Shown here piece by piece: positions 1 through 9,298 of a stretch of DNA of 64,000 bases. Both the position numbers and the translations under genes were made by a program. The notes beneath the pieces are model-generated. The model saw only the letters and a program-made list of their open reading frames with translations. It ran no database searches and was not told where the DNA came from. Origin of the DNA: a virus. Taxonomy: Duplodnaviria > Caudoviricetes. The first letter of the stretch is position 1, and the number at the start of each line of letters is the position of its first letter. The stretch is taken from IMG/VR virus record IMGVR_UViG_3300033121_001394, positions 1 through 64,000 of that record; one strand, given 5' to 3'.

Positions 1-2754
1 GCTCGTCAAAATCGTCCTTATGAAAAATTTACCAAAAAGGTAAGTGCCCGTAAGTTATTAGAACTTATTGCTAAACACATGACTTTGAATGCTGAACCCG
101 GTATTCAAAATATTGATATTGCTCGCCGATATTCAAATTCAGATTATTTGTATGATCCCAATGAAGAATATGACACGAGAATTATAAGCTCAAATGCGTG
201 TGTTATTGGGGAAACAGAAGTTTTAACGAAGAATGGATATCAAAGAATAGATTTTTTGGTCAATCAAGAAGTTGAAATTTGGAACGGTTTTGAATGGTCA
301 AAAGTAATTCCAAAAATTACAAATTACAATCAAAGGGTTTTAAAAATTACGTGTTCTGATGGTAGACAATTAATTTGTACTTACTATCATAAATTTCATA
401 TTGCTAAAGATTATTCGGGCAAAAAAGAAATTAAAAATGCGGCTGAATTATCTATCAATGATAAAATCGTTAAACATGAATTTCCTATATTAAGTAATGG
501 AACGCAATTTGAATTTGCTTATGAGCAAGGTTTTTACTCTGGAGATGGCACAGAGGGATTGAATCAAATTTGGTTATATTCTCCAAAATTTTGTGTAGAA
601 AACAGATTACGCGGTAATTATTCTAAGATTTTCCAAGTTCATGATTCTTTACAGAGAAAATCGGTTGAATTGTCTTTTGAAACACTGCCAAAAGATTTTG
701 TTCCATTTGAATGGAATTTGCAATCAAAATTAAATTGGTTGGCCGGATTATTTGATGCAGACGGTACAGAGTTAAAAGAAGGTGGATTACAACTCGTTTC
801 TATTAATTTGCCATTTTTACAAAATTTACAAACTCTTCTTTCGACTTTAGGCATACAAACCAAAGTGTTATTTGCTAATGACGCCGGATACAGATTAATG
901 CCCGATGGCAAAGGTGGTACTAAAGATTATTATTGTCAAGAAACTAATAGAATTTGTATTGGTGCAAAACAAATACAGGATTTGGTACATCTTGGATTAA
1001 ATTGTGAAAGATTAAAATTCAATAAAACTCCAAATAGAGATGCTTCGCAGTTTGTAAAAATTGTTAAAATAGAAGATGCTGGAATGGCACCAGTAGTTTA
1101 TTGCTTTAATGAATCCAAGAATCATACCGCTATATTTAATGGGATTCTTACGGGTCAATGCTCTGAGCAGTATCTATCCCGCGAATCTCTCTGTGTCTTA
1201 GCATCACTAAATGCAGGCAAATTTTCTGTTATAGAAGAAGAGTATAAGAAAGAATTGGAAACCATTGGGGAATCTGTCAATAGATTCTTAGATAATGTTA
1301 ATGAATGCGAACTCCGTTATGGTACTTATGCTACTCCCCACCAAAAATTAGCCATACAGCAATTACGTCGAACGGGTGCCGGTTATACTAATTTAGTAGA
1401 ATGGTTATTTAATCAAAATGAAGCATACGGTTCTAAAGAAGGTAATGACAAGGTTGAAAACTTTACTAAATGGTATAATTACTATCTCTATAAGTCCTCA
1501 ATTGCTTTAGGAAAAGAAAAAGGAAATTTTGGGGCGTTTAACAGGGAGAAACTTGAAAAGTCCCCATTTATACAACGTATGATCGGAATGGGTCTAAAGT
1601 TCACTCATCTTAGAAATATAACATGTTCGAGCATCGCTCCAACCGGGTCTTTGACCCTAATGTTCCGTTATCTACTAATGTCTTATGGTATAGAACCAGC
1701 CTTTGATTTATATTTTTGGAAAAGAACTCGTATTAGTGGGCGATATGAGTATTATTTCTGTGTTCCAAATGCGGTACGTAGAGTTTTTGCAAAACACGGA
1801 ATTAATTTGCCCATAAATTCTGATACCGTCAAAGATACTTGGGACGGTAAGATTGGTAGGGCGGTTGCAAAGATTATCGATGAAAATAAAGTAAAACTAA
1901 ATCTGAACTTCCAAAAATCTACTGAAGTTACTTGTATGGATAAATTAGATTTAATGGCTAAGGCCATGAAATGGATTGATTCTTCTATCTCTGTAACTTA
2001 TCTTCTACCAGAAAATGCGAATTGGAAAGATGTATATGATTTTATTTTAGAAGCCAATAAGAGAGAAGTTAAAAGTATTGCGGCATTTCCAGATAAGAAA
2101 ATGTATGGGATCGTATCATTTATTCCGTTTAAAGATTTAGCATTCAAACTTACAGCAGAGGGTGTAGATATTCATGCTCAAAATTTTACAGATGAAGAAC
2201 TTAAAGAACTAAATATTTCTAGAGAAAACATTAATGTTCAAAATAATGCTCCTAAGAGATTAAAATCTTTAAGTTGTGATCTTCACTATATTACTCATAA
2301 CAACGAAAATTATCTTGTTGTTATTGGTATTCAAAACGGAGTACCATACGAAGTATTTGGTGGGCATATTAGATCAAACAGTAAGTTATTGCAAGATAAA
2401 CCCAAGCAAGGAACCATTATTAGAAATGGTCAAGCCAATTACAGTCTTGAATTGCCCAATCAACGCATTGATCATTTTGGTTCAACTTTTACTCCGTTTG
2501 AACAAACGATCTTTAGATTAGCCTCCACCATGATGAGACACGGGGTACCCATTCAATATATAGTCGAACAACTAAGTAAGGCTGCCCAAGATATTCATTC
2601 TATTGAAAATATTATTGCTAGAGTACTTAAGAAATATATTAAAGATGGGCAAAAGATTTCTGGAAAGGAGTGCCCAAGTTGTAAATCAACTGATTTAGTA
2701 TATCAAGAGGGCTGTGTGACTTGCTCAAAATGCAATTGGAGTAAATGTTCTTAA
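1..2754 (+). CDS. nrdJ: Class II (adenosylcobalamin-dependent) ribonucleotide reductase, 5'-truncated by the window edge, containing an intein
   Basis: Frame is open from nt 1 (ARQNRPYEKF..LLELIAKHMTLNAEPG). After intein removal the active site reads N-A-C-S-E (NxCxE). Also has RRTGAG, SSIAPTG, a C-terminal TSCPD-like domain and a CPSC..CVTCSKC zinc ribbon typical of NrdJ. Confidence 0.9.
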   Translation, partial: ARQNRPYEKFTKKVSARKLLELIAKHMTLNAEPGIQNIDIARRYSNSDYLYDPNEEYDTRIISSNACVIGETEVLTKNGYQRIDFLVNQEVEIWNGFEWSKVIPKITNYNQRVLKITCSDGRQLICTYYHKFHIAKDYSGKKEIKNAAELSINDKIVKHEFPILSNGTQFEFAYEQGFYSGDGTEGLNQIWLYSPKFCVENRLRGNYSKIFQVHDSLQRKSVELSFETLPKDFVPFEWNLQSKLNWLAGLFDADGTELKEGGLQLVSINLPFLQNLQTLLSTLGIQTKVLFANDAGYRLMPDGKGGTKDYYCQETNRICIGAKQIQDLVHLGLNCERLKFNKTPNRDASQFVKIVKIEDAGMAPVVYCFNESKNHTAIFNGILTGQCSEQYLSRESLCVLASLNAGKFSVIEEEYKKELETIGESVNRFLDNVNECELRYGTYATPHQKLAIQQLRRTGAGYTNLVEWLFNQNEAYGSKEGNDKVENFTKWYNYYLYKSSIALGKEKGNFGAFNREKLEKSPFIQRMIGMGLKFTHLRNITCSSIAPTGSLTLMFRYLLMSYGIEPAFDLYFWKRTRISGRYEYYFCVPNAVRRVFAKHGINLPINSDTVKDTWDGKIGRAVAKIIDENKVKLNLNFQKSTEVTCMDKLDLMAKAMKWIDSSISVTYLLPENANWKDVYDFILEANKREVKSIAAFPDKKMYGIVSFIPFKDLAFKLTAEGVDIHAQNFTDEELKELNISRENINVQNNAPKRLKSLSCDLHYITHNNENYLVVIGIQNGVPYEVFGGHIRSNSKLLQDKPKQGTIIRNGQANYSLELPNQRIDHFGSTFTPFEQTIFRLASTMMRHGVPIQYIVEQLSKAAQDIHSIENIIARVLKKYIKDGQKISGKECPSCKSTDLVYQEGCVTCSKCNWSKCS
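199..1158 (+). mobile_element. Intein (320 aa) with LAGLIDADG homing endonuclease in nrdJ
   Basis: N-terminal block A CVIGETEVLT, endonuclease motifs YEQGFYSGDG and WLAGLFDADG, C-terminal block VYCF..HTAIFNGILTGQ/C. Removing it restores NA|CSE. Confidence 0.92.
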
Positions 2755-3035
2755 TGTCCTATAAAATAAGATATAAATGGTATGTGGGGCGAATTAAGGT
2801 ATATCATAGAATCGATAATAGACTACATAAACTTGAGAAGAAAATAAGAGTAGATGAAAAATTAAATCCAAATCGATCCTTGAGACAATCGATGTATAAT
2901 GGGGATCATTTGCAATTATTTAATCTACTTTATAAGCGTCAATATTGGCAATTACATCGCCCAGATTACCGATATTTTAAATGGCCCTATATCCTTTTTA
3001 ATATAAAAATATACATACCCCATACTTCAGTGTAA
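2745..3035 (+). CDS. Hypothetical basic protein
   Basis: ORF coupled to the nrdJ stop and followed by a terminator; no motif recognised. Confidence 0.5.
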   Translation: MFLMSYKIRYKWYVGRIKVYHRIDNRLHKLEKKIRVDEKLNPNRSLRQSMYNGDHLQLFNLLYKRQYWQLHRPDYRYFKWPYILFNIKIYIPHTSV

Positions 3036-3037
3036 TT

Positions 3038-3066
3038 AAAGCCCGGTTTTTCCGGGCTTTTTCTTT
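3038..3066 (+). terminator. Rho-independent terminator
   Basis: AAAGCCCGG-TTTTT-CCGGGCTTT stem-loop followed by TTCTTT. Confidence 0.85.
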
Positions 3067-3084
3067 GGCGTCTTAGCCTTCGCC

Positions 3085-3096
3085 AAAGTGTATATA
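3085..3096 (+). promoter_or_regulatory. Putative late promoter motif AAAGTGTATATA
   Basis: The same motif recurs upstream of four - strand late genes and of the HNH gene at 19644. Confidence 0.65.
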
Positions 3097-3102
3097 TTGG
3101 GA

Positions 3103-4581
3103 ATGAGAAACCAGCCCGTTACACCCTCTAAAGATAATCCCATCTTTTATTTATGGAATGCTCCATTAAGTGATTTGTCACATAAAAACTGGAAGCACCC
3201 AAATATCAGGGTTATGGCTCGAACATTTATGGGTAGACCGGATTCTTTTATTCCTTCCGGGTATTCTACACCATCATTACCTATACCTTCTAGTTACCCG
3301 TTAACATTTGCGGAACTTTCTGGTTTCGCCGTAGCAACCGCTCAAATAATTGCCCATTTTTTTCATGCTGGTGGTTTAATTCGCGGTTATGGTGCATATA
3401 ATAGTGGTTTATATGATGGGGCCATTAGTATACAAAATTTTGGTTATCTATCTGGTGGGGCCGCTAATTCTAGCAGTCAAAATGTCACGACATTAGTTGG
3501 GCATCCCCATGATCGTATCCCCACTACTTATCGTAGCGGTTTTTTAGCTTCTACCTCAGGAAGAAGTCCATACAACGGATATACGAATTGGGCTACTGGC
3601 AATGTATGTGATCTTACTCTTATAATGACCAGCGGTATTCAAGAATGCAGTGGTTTTTCTAACCTGCTCTTTTCTGCTCTTAAAAACTATTGCGATTCTT
3701 ATACTACCCCCTTAGGAACACAAGTTCAACTTTGTTATCCTAAATTTATTCATAATGATGGGGAACTCTTAGTAGACAATTTAATTTATTATCAACCAAG
3801 TGGTGGTGTGGATATTGGTCATAGATTAAGTTTACAAAGAGATCCTCGATATTCTACTGCTACAATTTATCAAACTCCAAATGGGACTGGTTGGAACAAT
3901 ATTACAATGTCTGGGGCCGAAGCTCTTTGTACTCTAAACTTAAACCCGGTTCCTTCTTGGTTTATTGAATCTAGTTCAGGATTTATACAATGGTGGTATC
4001 GCACATCTATTTCTGCTTTATCTTACGGATTCCAAAAAGGATATTACGAACCGGCTAAAGCAATTTTCCCTTATTTATTAACTTCTAATTATCATGCCTT
4101 TGAAATTCCTAGTGGTCAATATCCACACGTCGCATATTTACCACGTAATTGGGAAAGAGTGGTGCAACCAGTTATTAGAGAAGATTGTAATTCCCCTGAT
4201 ATTTACCCAGCAGAAACAACCGGGTCATTGTATAGTTTAAGTACCTTAGATGGTTATGAAAATAATATTTATTTTCAAAATCAAAATAATCTTAGTTCCT
4301 GTATTAGCGGTTATAGCACCAAAATACTTATTCCGTGGATTATATCCACGGGAAGTTTAGATTCTAAAATATATGTAACAGAAGCATATTTAGGTGAAAC
4401 ATTAAAATCTTGTTATAATAACAACGTCAGTGAATATATTATTTGGGGCAATCCATCATCTAACCCTGTTTTATGGACAGATGACGCTGGATTTAGACCA
4501 GTAGAATATTTACTCAATTATTTTGCAAGATTGAAAGCCGATTCTTTAGTTTCAGGTTTTATTAGAAGAGGTAGAATATAA
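3103..4581 (+). CDS. Hypothetical protein, probably virion-associated (S/G/N/Y-rich)
   Basis: About 490-aa ORF. The GTG at 3088 is part of the promoter motif, so ATG 3103 is preferred. Composition matches the tail proteins. Confidence 0.55.
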   Translation: MRNQPVTPSKDNPIFYLWNAPLSDLSHKNWKHPNIRVMARTFMGRPDSFIPSGYSTPSLPIPSSYPLTFAELSGFAVATAQIIAHFFHAGGLIRGYGAYNSGLYDGAISIQNFGYLSGGAANSSSQNVTTLVGHPHDRIPTTYRSGFLASTSGRSPYNGYTNWATGNVCDLTLIMTSGIQECSGFSNLLFSALKNYCDSYTTPLGTQVQLCYPKFIHNDGELLVDNLIYYQPSGGVDIGHRLSLQRDPRYSTATIYQTPNGTGWNNITMSGAEALCTLNLNPVPSWFIESSSGFIQWWYRTSISALSYGFQKGYYEPAKAIFPYLLTSNYHAFEIPSGQYPHVAYLPRNWERVVQPVIREDCNSPDIYPAETTGSLYSLSTLDGYENNIYFQNQNNLSSCISGYSTKILIPWIISTGSLDSKIYVTEAYLGETLKSCYNNNVSEYIIWGNPSSNPVLWTDDAGFRPVEYLLNYFARLKADSLVSGFIRRGRI

Positions 4582-5660
4582 TGGGTTTTATTAACTTTAG
4601 AGCACCTTTAGGAAATTATGAAAATATTCAACAGAATAGTACCAATACTATTTCGGGCGTAGTGTCTATTCCTCTTTTATCAACTGGTTATTATCTTGCT
4701 TCAAATTGGATTGCTCCTAAAAGTGGCAATATTACCCAGATCGGTGTTTTAATGACTGCGGTCAGTGGAACTTTGCCAACCGTAAATATCGCTATAGAAG
4801 GTATAAATTCATCTAAGGGAGCAAATAATACTGCTATAAGTATTACGGGTATTGATACTAAATTATCTGTTAGCAGCGGTTTATATTTTTTCGATATTCC
4901 TTCTTGTGCTGTAACTGAAGGGGTTGGATATTGTTGCACAATTCGATGTACTGGTGCGGTTAGTTCTTCGGGATGCGGTTTTTTCGGTCTTTTAAATCAA
5001 GTAAGTAATGGAAGCGTAGGATATTTAAATAATTTTCCAGTAAAATTCTTAGGATCTATTTCTATTCCAAATGGTTTACCGCTTATTATTCCTAAATATT
5101 CTGACGGAATAATTCCTGAAGGTTTTTTTATTGCTAATACGGGCTACTTAGGATATGCTGGACCGCTTTTTAGTTCTGGTACTGCTTTAAATATGAAAGG
5201 CTTATTATTCCAAGTCCCCTTTGAGTGTAAAATTAAAAGTTTTGCTATCGCCACGGCACAAAACAGTGCAAACTCTCATACGGAAGTTAGAATTTACGGG
5301 CCAAATAATAATCTAATATGCAATAGACAATTTAATGCTCAAAATAATTTTGGTGGTAACGAAGGTTGTCTTTTAGTAGAAATGCCGAGTGGAGTCATAT
5401 TTAAAACAAATACTAATTATAGAGTAATAATTAATCCAACAGGAACATCTACTTTATATAGTAATTTTACAAGTTTTAATAGTAATAGTGATTTGTTACA
5501 ATTTTATGGTTTTAGTGGTTGTATGACTGAGGGCAGTGGAACTGGGTCAAATATTGCTTGGAAAAATTATAATAATTCAACCGATGGTTATAGAGGGTGG
5601 TTGGCTATGCCAATTGTTAGTGAGATTCCAGTAGCAGGTAGAAGAAGAGGTAGACAATGA
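4581..5660 (+). CDS. Putative virion/fibre-associated beta-rich protein
   Basis: 359 aa, S/G/T/N-rich, TAATG-coupled, basic C-terminus. Confidence 0.5.
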   Translation: MGFINFRAPLGNYENIQQNSTNTISGVVSIPLLSTGYYLASNWIAPKSGNITQIGVLMTAVSGTLPTVNIAIEGINSSKGANNTAISITGIDTKLSVSSGLYFFDIPSCAVTEGVGYCCTIRCTGAVSSSGCGFFGLLNQVSNGSVGYLNNFPVKFLGSISIPNGLPLIIPKYSDGIIPEGFFIANTGYLGYAGPLFSSGTALNMKGLLFQVPFECKIKSFAIATAQNSANSHTEVRIYGPNNNLICNRQFNAQNNFGGNEGCLLVEMPSGVIFKTNTNYRVIINPTGTSTLYSNFTSFNSNSDLLQFYGFSGCMTEGSGTGSNIAWKNYNNSTDGYRGWLAMPIVSEIPVAGRRRGRQ

Positions 5661-6388
5661 TTTATAAGAATGTTGCCAGCCAAAAAGCTCTTGTATTTAT
5701 ATACGATATTAATAATAATAATCCATTAACTGGATATGGTTCTGCCGTATCTGGCTTTGTGTCTAGAGATGGAGGGGCACCATCCGGGTTAACCACCCCA
5801 AACCCCGTAGAAATTACTGGCGGTCTTTATTATTATTCCTTAACACAAAATGAAACAAACGGCGATGTTTTAGGTTTAGTGTCCTATTCTTCAAGCGGCA
5901 ACGTTGCTGTTGACCCCTTAATTTTTTATACGTCTGCCCAAACACCTTCAGTCAATGCTGTTCAAATTGGGGGTTCTACCTCTGCCGCAACAAATACCGC
6001 TAGTTTCTTTACTACTGGTTATGCTGCCTCAAATTCCTCTTTAGGAGCCGTTGGTACTGTTTCTGGTAATCTAACCGTTTCAGGTTTATATGATGCAAAT
6101 ATTGTATCAATCAGTGGTAGTGCGATTTCTGCCAAGAATCTTGCCCTATTCTTTAATGCTTCTGGTTACGCAGCCAGCGGATCAGTTAATAAATTAAATG
6201 GTAGAACTCCTGACAACATTACCTTTGATAATATGTGGGAAATCTTAACTGGTTGTGCTGCTGGTAAAGTTACTGGTGCTTCAAGCGGTGCATCTGTAAT
6301 TAATATCAGAAACTATGCTGATACTAAGAATGTTGTAAGCCTCAATGTTGATACATATGGTAATAGATCTTCAGGAGTTATTTCCTAA
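5657..6388 (+). CDS. Putative virion structural protein
   Basis: IYKNVASQ N-terminus and GKVTGA..IRNYADTK..VDTYGNRS C-terminus resemble modules recalled from phage structural proteins; S/G/A-rich. Confidence 0.5.
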   Translation: MIYKNVASQKALVFIYDINNNNPLTGYGSAVSGFVSRDGGAPSGLTTPNPVEITGGLYYYSLTQNETNGDVLGLVSYSSSGNVAVDPLIFYTSAQTPSVNAVQIGGSTSAATNTASFFTTGYAASNSSLGAVGTVSGNLTVSGLYDANIVSISGSAISAKNLALFFNASGYAASGSVNKLNGRTPDNITFDNMWEILTGCAAGKVTGASSGASVINIRNYADTKNVVSLNVDTYGNRSSGVIS

Positions 6389-6573
6389 TGGCTGGTAATA
6401 GGATAAAATACATTCCTAATAATTCTAGGCCCAATAGAAGTATTCCTATTTTCTATCAACCGACCGAAGGAACCTCGCCACCGCCAGAAGGAGGGGGTGG
6501 GGATTTTAGAGGCCCCTCATTAAATAACCTTAAAGTTTTAAAACAGGCAACTCATAAAATAGGCAGAAAATAA
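6388..6573 (+). CDS. Small hypothetical protein
   Basis: TAATG-coupled on both sides. Confidence 0.5.
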   Translation: MAGNRIKYIPNNSRPNRSIPIFYQPTEGTSPPPEGGGGDFRGPSLNNLKVLKQATHKIGRK

Positions 6574-7406
6574 TGAAGAATATAGGGATCATAATATTTT
6601 GTTGTTTTTTCTTAATGGCCTGTAGTAAAAAAGGCATCATTAAATATGATGTTTTAGACAGCACCAAACAAATTGAAACATCTAGTAATAAAATTATTGC
6701 TCAAACACAAACCATCGAAAAAGAGAAGCCAGAATTAAAACCTCAACTTGATCCAATTGCTGTAGAAGCACAAAGAATTTTAGAATTTAGTGGAAATATC
6801 ACTAAAGGTTATCAACAATTTTCTATTGATACTTCTACTGTCATAGACATTTTACAAAAACAAAATAAAAAGTTTGAAGATATAATCAAAAAGCAACAGG
6901 GCGAAATCAAAGATTTGAAATCGCAAAAAGATTTATGGTACGACAGGTGTTTAGCGGCTATAATTATAGCATCAGGATTGGGTGTTGCCGTTTCCCTAGT
7001 CTTATTCTTTATGGGCAAACTACCCAGTTTGACCTTCTCTTTGGTAGGAATTGCTGTTCTAGCAGGGGCAATTTTTCTAAAGGTCTTACAAGCCTATTTC
7101 CTTTATGTAGCAGGTGGATTTGGTCTACTTATTGCTATTATCATCGGTTATGTTGCTTTTACCCATAAGAAACAAAGTATTAATAAAGATAAAGGTATTT
7201 CGGAAATCGTTAATTCGGTTAGTAAAGGAATTGAAGAAGGGGCGATTGATCCCACTAAATTCGGTGAAATTGCCAATAAAAATCAAACCCCCAATTTGGG
7301 TAAAGCCCTTGTGGACAGAGTTCAAGGAAAGTTAAATGAAACAAACTTTAATCGTGTTTTTGGGAAGCGTCGGACAAAGAGAAGTGATACAAGTAAAGGA
7401 AAATAA
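6573..7406 (+). CDS. Predicted lipoprotein with coiled coil and three C-terminal TM helices (spanin/holin-like candidate)
   Basis: Signal peptide with lipobox LMA|C, about 105-aa helical region, three hydrophobic segments, basic tail. Confidence 0.6.
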   Translation: MKNIGIIIFCCFFLMACSKKGIIKYDVLDSTKQIETSSNKIIAQTQTIEKEKPELKPQLDPIAVEAQRILEFSGNITKGYQQFSIDTSTVIDILQKQNKKFEDIIKKQQGEIKDLKSQKDLWYDRCLAAIIIASGLGVAVSLVLFFMGKLPSLTFSLVGIAVLAGAIFLKVLQAYFLYVAGGFGLLIAIIIGYVAFTHKKQSINKDKGISEIVNSVSKGIEEGAIDPTKFGEIANKNQTPNLGKALVDRVQGKLNETNFNRVFGKRRTKRSDTSKGK

Positions 7407-7563
7407 ATTTTTCCTTGATGATGGGGAGTGGTATGAAGTGCCCCATGTCTATGCGTTTAAAGGCAATAGACAAGATTGTATAGATAAAATGACGGCGGAT
7501 ATTAATAAATTCTTTGATGAAATGGAACTTGAGGATAATAAAAATGCCCCTATACTCATATGA
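7336..7563 (+). CDS. Hypothetical protein
   Basis: 75 aa; overlaps the end of the upstream gene by 71 nt and fills the gap to the next gene. Confidence 0.45.
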   Translation: MKQTLIVFLGSVGQREVIQVKENKFFLDDGEWYEVPHVYAFKGNRQDCIDKMTADINKFFDEMELEDNKNAPILI

Positions 7564-7879
7564 GATTCTTACAGACAACGATGAACCAACTGGGGAAATC
7601 GTGGATATCTTTCAAACTATGTCCGAAGAACATTTGACAAAAGATCCAAAAAGTGGTAGAAAAATTAGAAAAATAATTTCCTGCCCCACTATACTTATAG
7701 ATAGTACGAAGCCTAAGACTATTGGGGCGTTGGCAGAAAAAAATACAGAAGAAATGCTTAAAAAGGGTGATCCTAGGGTGAAACCTACAACAGCAAAGAA
7801 GAAGAAACTAAACACCCGGGGTTGGACGCCACGCCAAACAGAACGCTACATTATGGAAGGACATAAACCTAATGTCTGA
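7544..7879 (+). CDS. FmdB-like regulatory protein lacking the zinc-ribbon cysteines
   Basis: MPLYSY..FQTMSEEHLTKDP..RKIIS follows the FmdB pattern. Start taken at ATG 7544. Confidence 0.5.
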   Translation: MPLYSYEILTDNDEPTGEIVDIFQTMSEEHLTKDPKSGRKIRKIISCPTILIDSTKPKTIGALAEKNTEEMLKKGDPRVKPTTAKKKKLNTRGWTPRQTERYIMEGHKPNV

Positions 7880-8147
7880 TCTGGAACATATTGATGGCGG
7901 CGAACAAACCATATCCTGTAGTGACTGTAATATGCCTCTTATGCATTATCGTGTACATACTCCAAAACATAAGAGTGTACAAAAATTAGTGGCGAAGTGC
8001 CCCTTTTGTAACGGGCAGTCATTTATGAAAACAATAGAAGGTCTTTTCTGGTACGGCCCCATTGGGCCTGATGAATCAGTAAACTTTACTACGGTTGTGG
8101 GTATGGATTTAAAGGATGGTATTTGGTATTTTAGTGTGAGTAAATAA
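7872..8147 (+). CDS. Zinc-ribbon protein
   Basis: CSDC ... CPFC pairs. Confidence 0.55.
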   Translation: MSDLEHIDGGEQTISCSDCNMPLMHYRVHTPKHKSVQKLVAKCPFCNGQSFMKTIEGLFWYGPIGPDESVNFTTVVGMDLKDGIWYFSVSK

Positions 8148-8536
8148 TGGGCAGAGTAACAAATAGCGAATTGGCATTAAGTCTGGTAAAAACAAAAGAC
8201 GCAGTTTCTAGTTATGTTTTTCAGGGTAAAAAGACCCAGTATTATAATAAAGCAGGAACTAGTTTCGCTCAATTAGATGATCAAGATACAGTAGCAAAAG
8301 CAGTCATTACTGATACATCGAAAACATTTTACATTAAATTTAATCAAAAAAATGAGGCATTTGATCCTTACAATAGGTCTTATCTTGAAATCAGTTTTAA
8401 GTATGCGTGTCAAATAGGCTTAAAGGATGATTGTTTTAAATTTATCTTAGTGCAGGAAGATACCTTTAATTACTATATTTCATATCTTAAGAATAAAAAG
8501 TTAACTTACTTACACAAAGTAAATCAGGCAATATAA
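8147..8536 (+). CDS. Hypothetical protein
   Basis: TAATG-coupled 129-aa ORF. Confidence 0.55.
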   Translation: MGRVTNSELALSLVKTKDAVSSYVFQGKKTQYYNKAGTSFAQLDDQDTVAKAVITDTSKTFYIKFNQKNEAFDPYNRSYLEISFKYACQIGLKDDCFKFILVQEDTFNYYISYLKNKKLTYLHKVNQAI

Positions 8537-8545
8537 AGGAAGAAA

Positions 8546-8842
8546 ATGCTTACAAAACAAGAGTTAGAAACTTTAGAAGAATTCATTGACGGTTTGAATG
8601 GTAAAAAGAGTTTAGCGACCCACAAGCAAACGATTTTGGATTTTGTGAAGAATTCTTTAAGTGAAAAGAAAAGCGGTGTTAAGGACGCTTACACTAGAGG
8701 TTCAAAGGATTGTTTCATTAAGACCGATACGAATGTACGAGAGTTATCGGCCCAACGCCAACGCGAAAAAGAAAAGGGATTTAAGGTTGGAACAAGTGGC
8801 GAATCACAGGCTGGTGATAAAATTCAACGAAAGTTCGACTAA
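8546..8842 (+). CDS. Hypothetical protein
   Basis: AAGGAAG SD upstream; 98 aa. Confidence 0.55.
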   Translation: MLTKQELETLEEFIDGLNGKKSLATHKQTILDFVKNSLSEKKSGVKDAYTRGSKDCFIKTDTNVRELSAQRQREKEKGFKVGTSGESQAGDKIQRKFD

Positions 8843-9298
8843 ATGAACGATTTTAAATCAATCTTTGTACCGGAAGAGAAAATTAATCTTCCGAATTGTA
8901 TAACTGAAATTTTGATTAAGAATTGGTTGTCTTACTATAATAAACCCGTACCTACTTGTCCCTTTTGGAGAAAAGAATATGCTAGTCAGTCTAAAGATTT
9001 AGAATTCTTGTCTCATAAATATTCATTAGAGATTTCAGCCGTTCATGATTACCTTAAGGTATTCCACCCCGAAGTATTAATTACAGTACTTAAAAAGCGT
9101 AAGTTGGGAACCTTAAAATATCTAAAATTAGATATGAAAAAAGATCTCATCAATGATTTATTCAATGCCCAAGTCAAGGCAAATTTACCTTTGGTAAAGT
9201 GTATAGACACGAGTCCCGCAGAACCTATTCAAGAGCCAAGTTTATTTAAAGGTACTACTAGTAAAACAGTTAATAAAGGAAGTGTGAGCCTACTATGA
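8843..9298 (+). CDS. Hypothetical protein
   Basis: 151-aa ORF abutting its neighbours. Confidence 0.55.
   Translation: MNDFKSIFVPEEKINLPNCITEILIKNWLSYYNKPVPTCPFWRKEYASQSKDLEFLSHKYSLEISAVHDYLKVFHPEVLITVLKKRKLGTLKYLKLDMKKDLINDLFNAQVKANLPLVKCIDTSPAEPIQEPSLFKGTTSKTVNKGSVSLL

Noticed and set aside
3088-3102. GTG start at 3088 for the 497-aa ORF
   Set aside because: The GTG is the core of the promoter motif and has no RBS; ATG 3103 fits the spacing seen at other motif copies.
4430-4436. Extra GTGAATA motif copy
   Set aside because: Intragenic and 150 nt from the next start; this 7-mer is expected by chance in AT-rich DNA.
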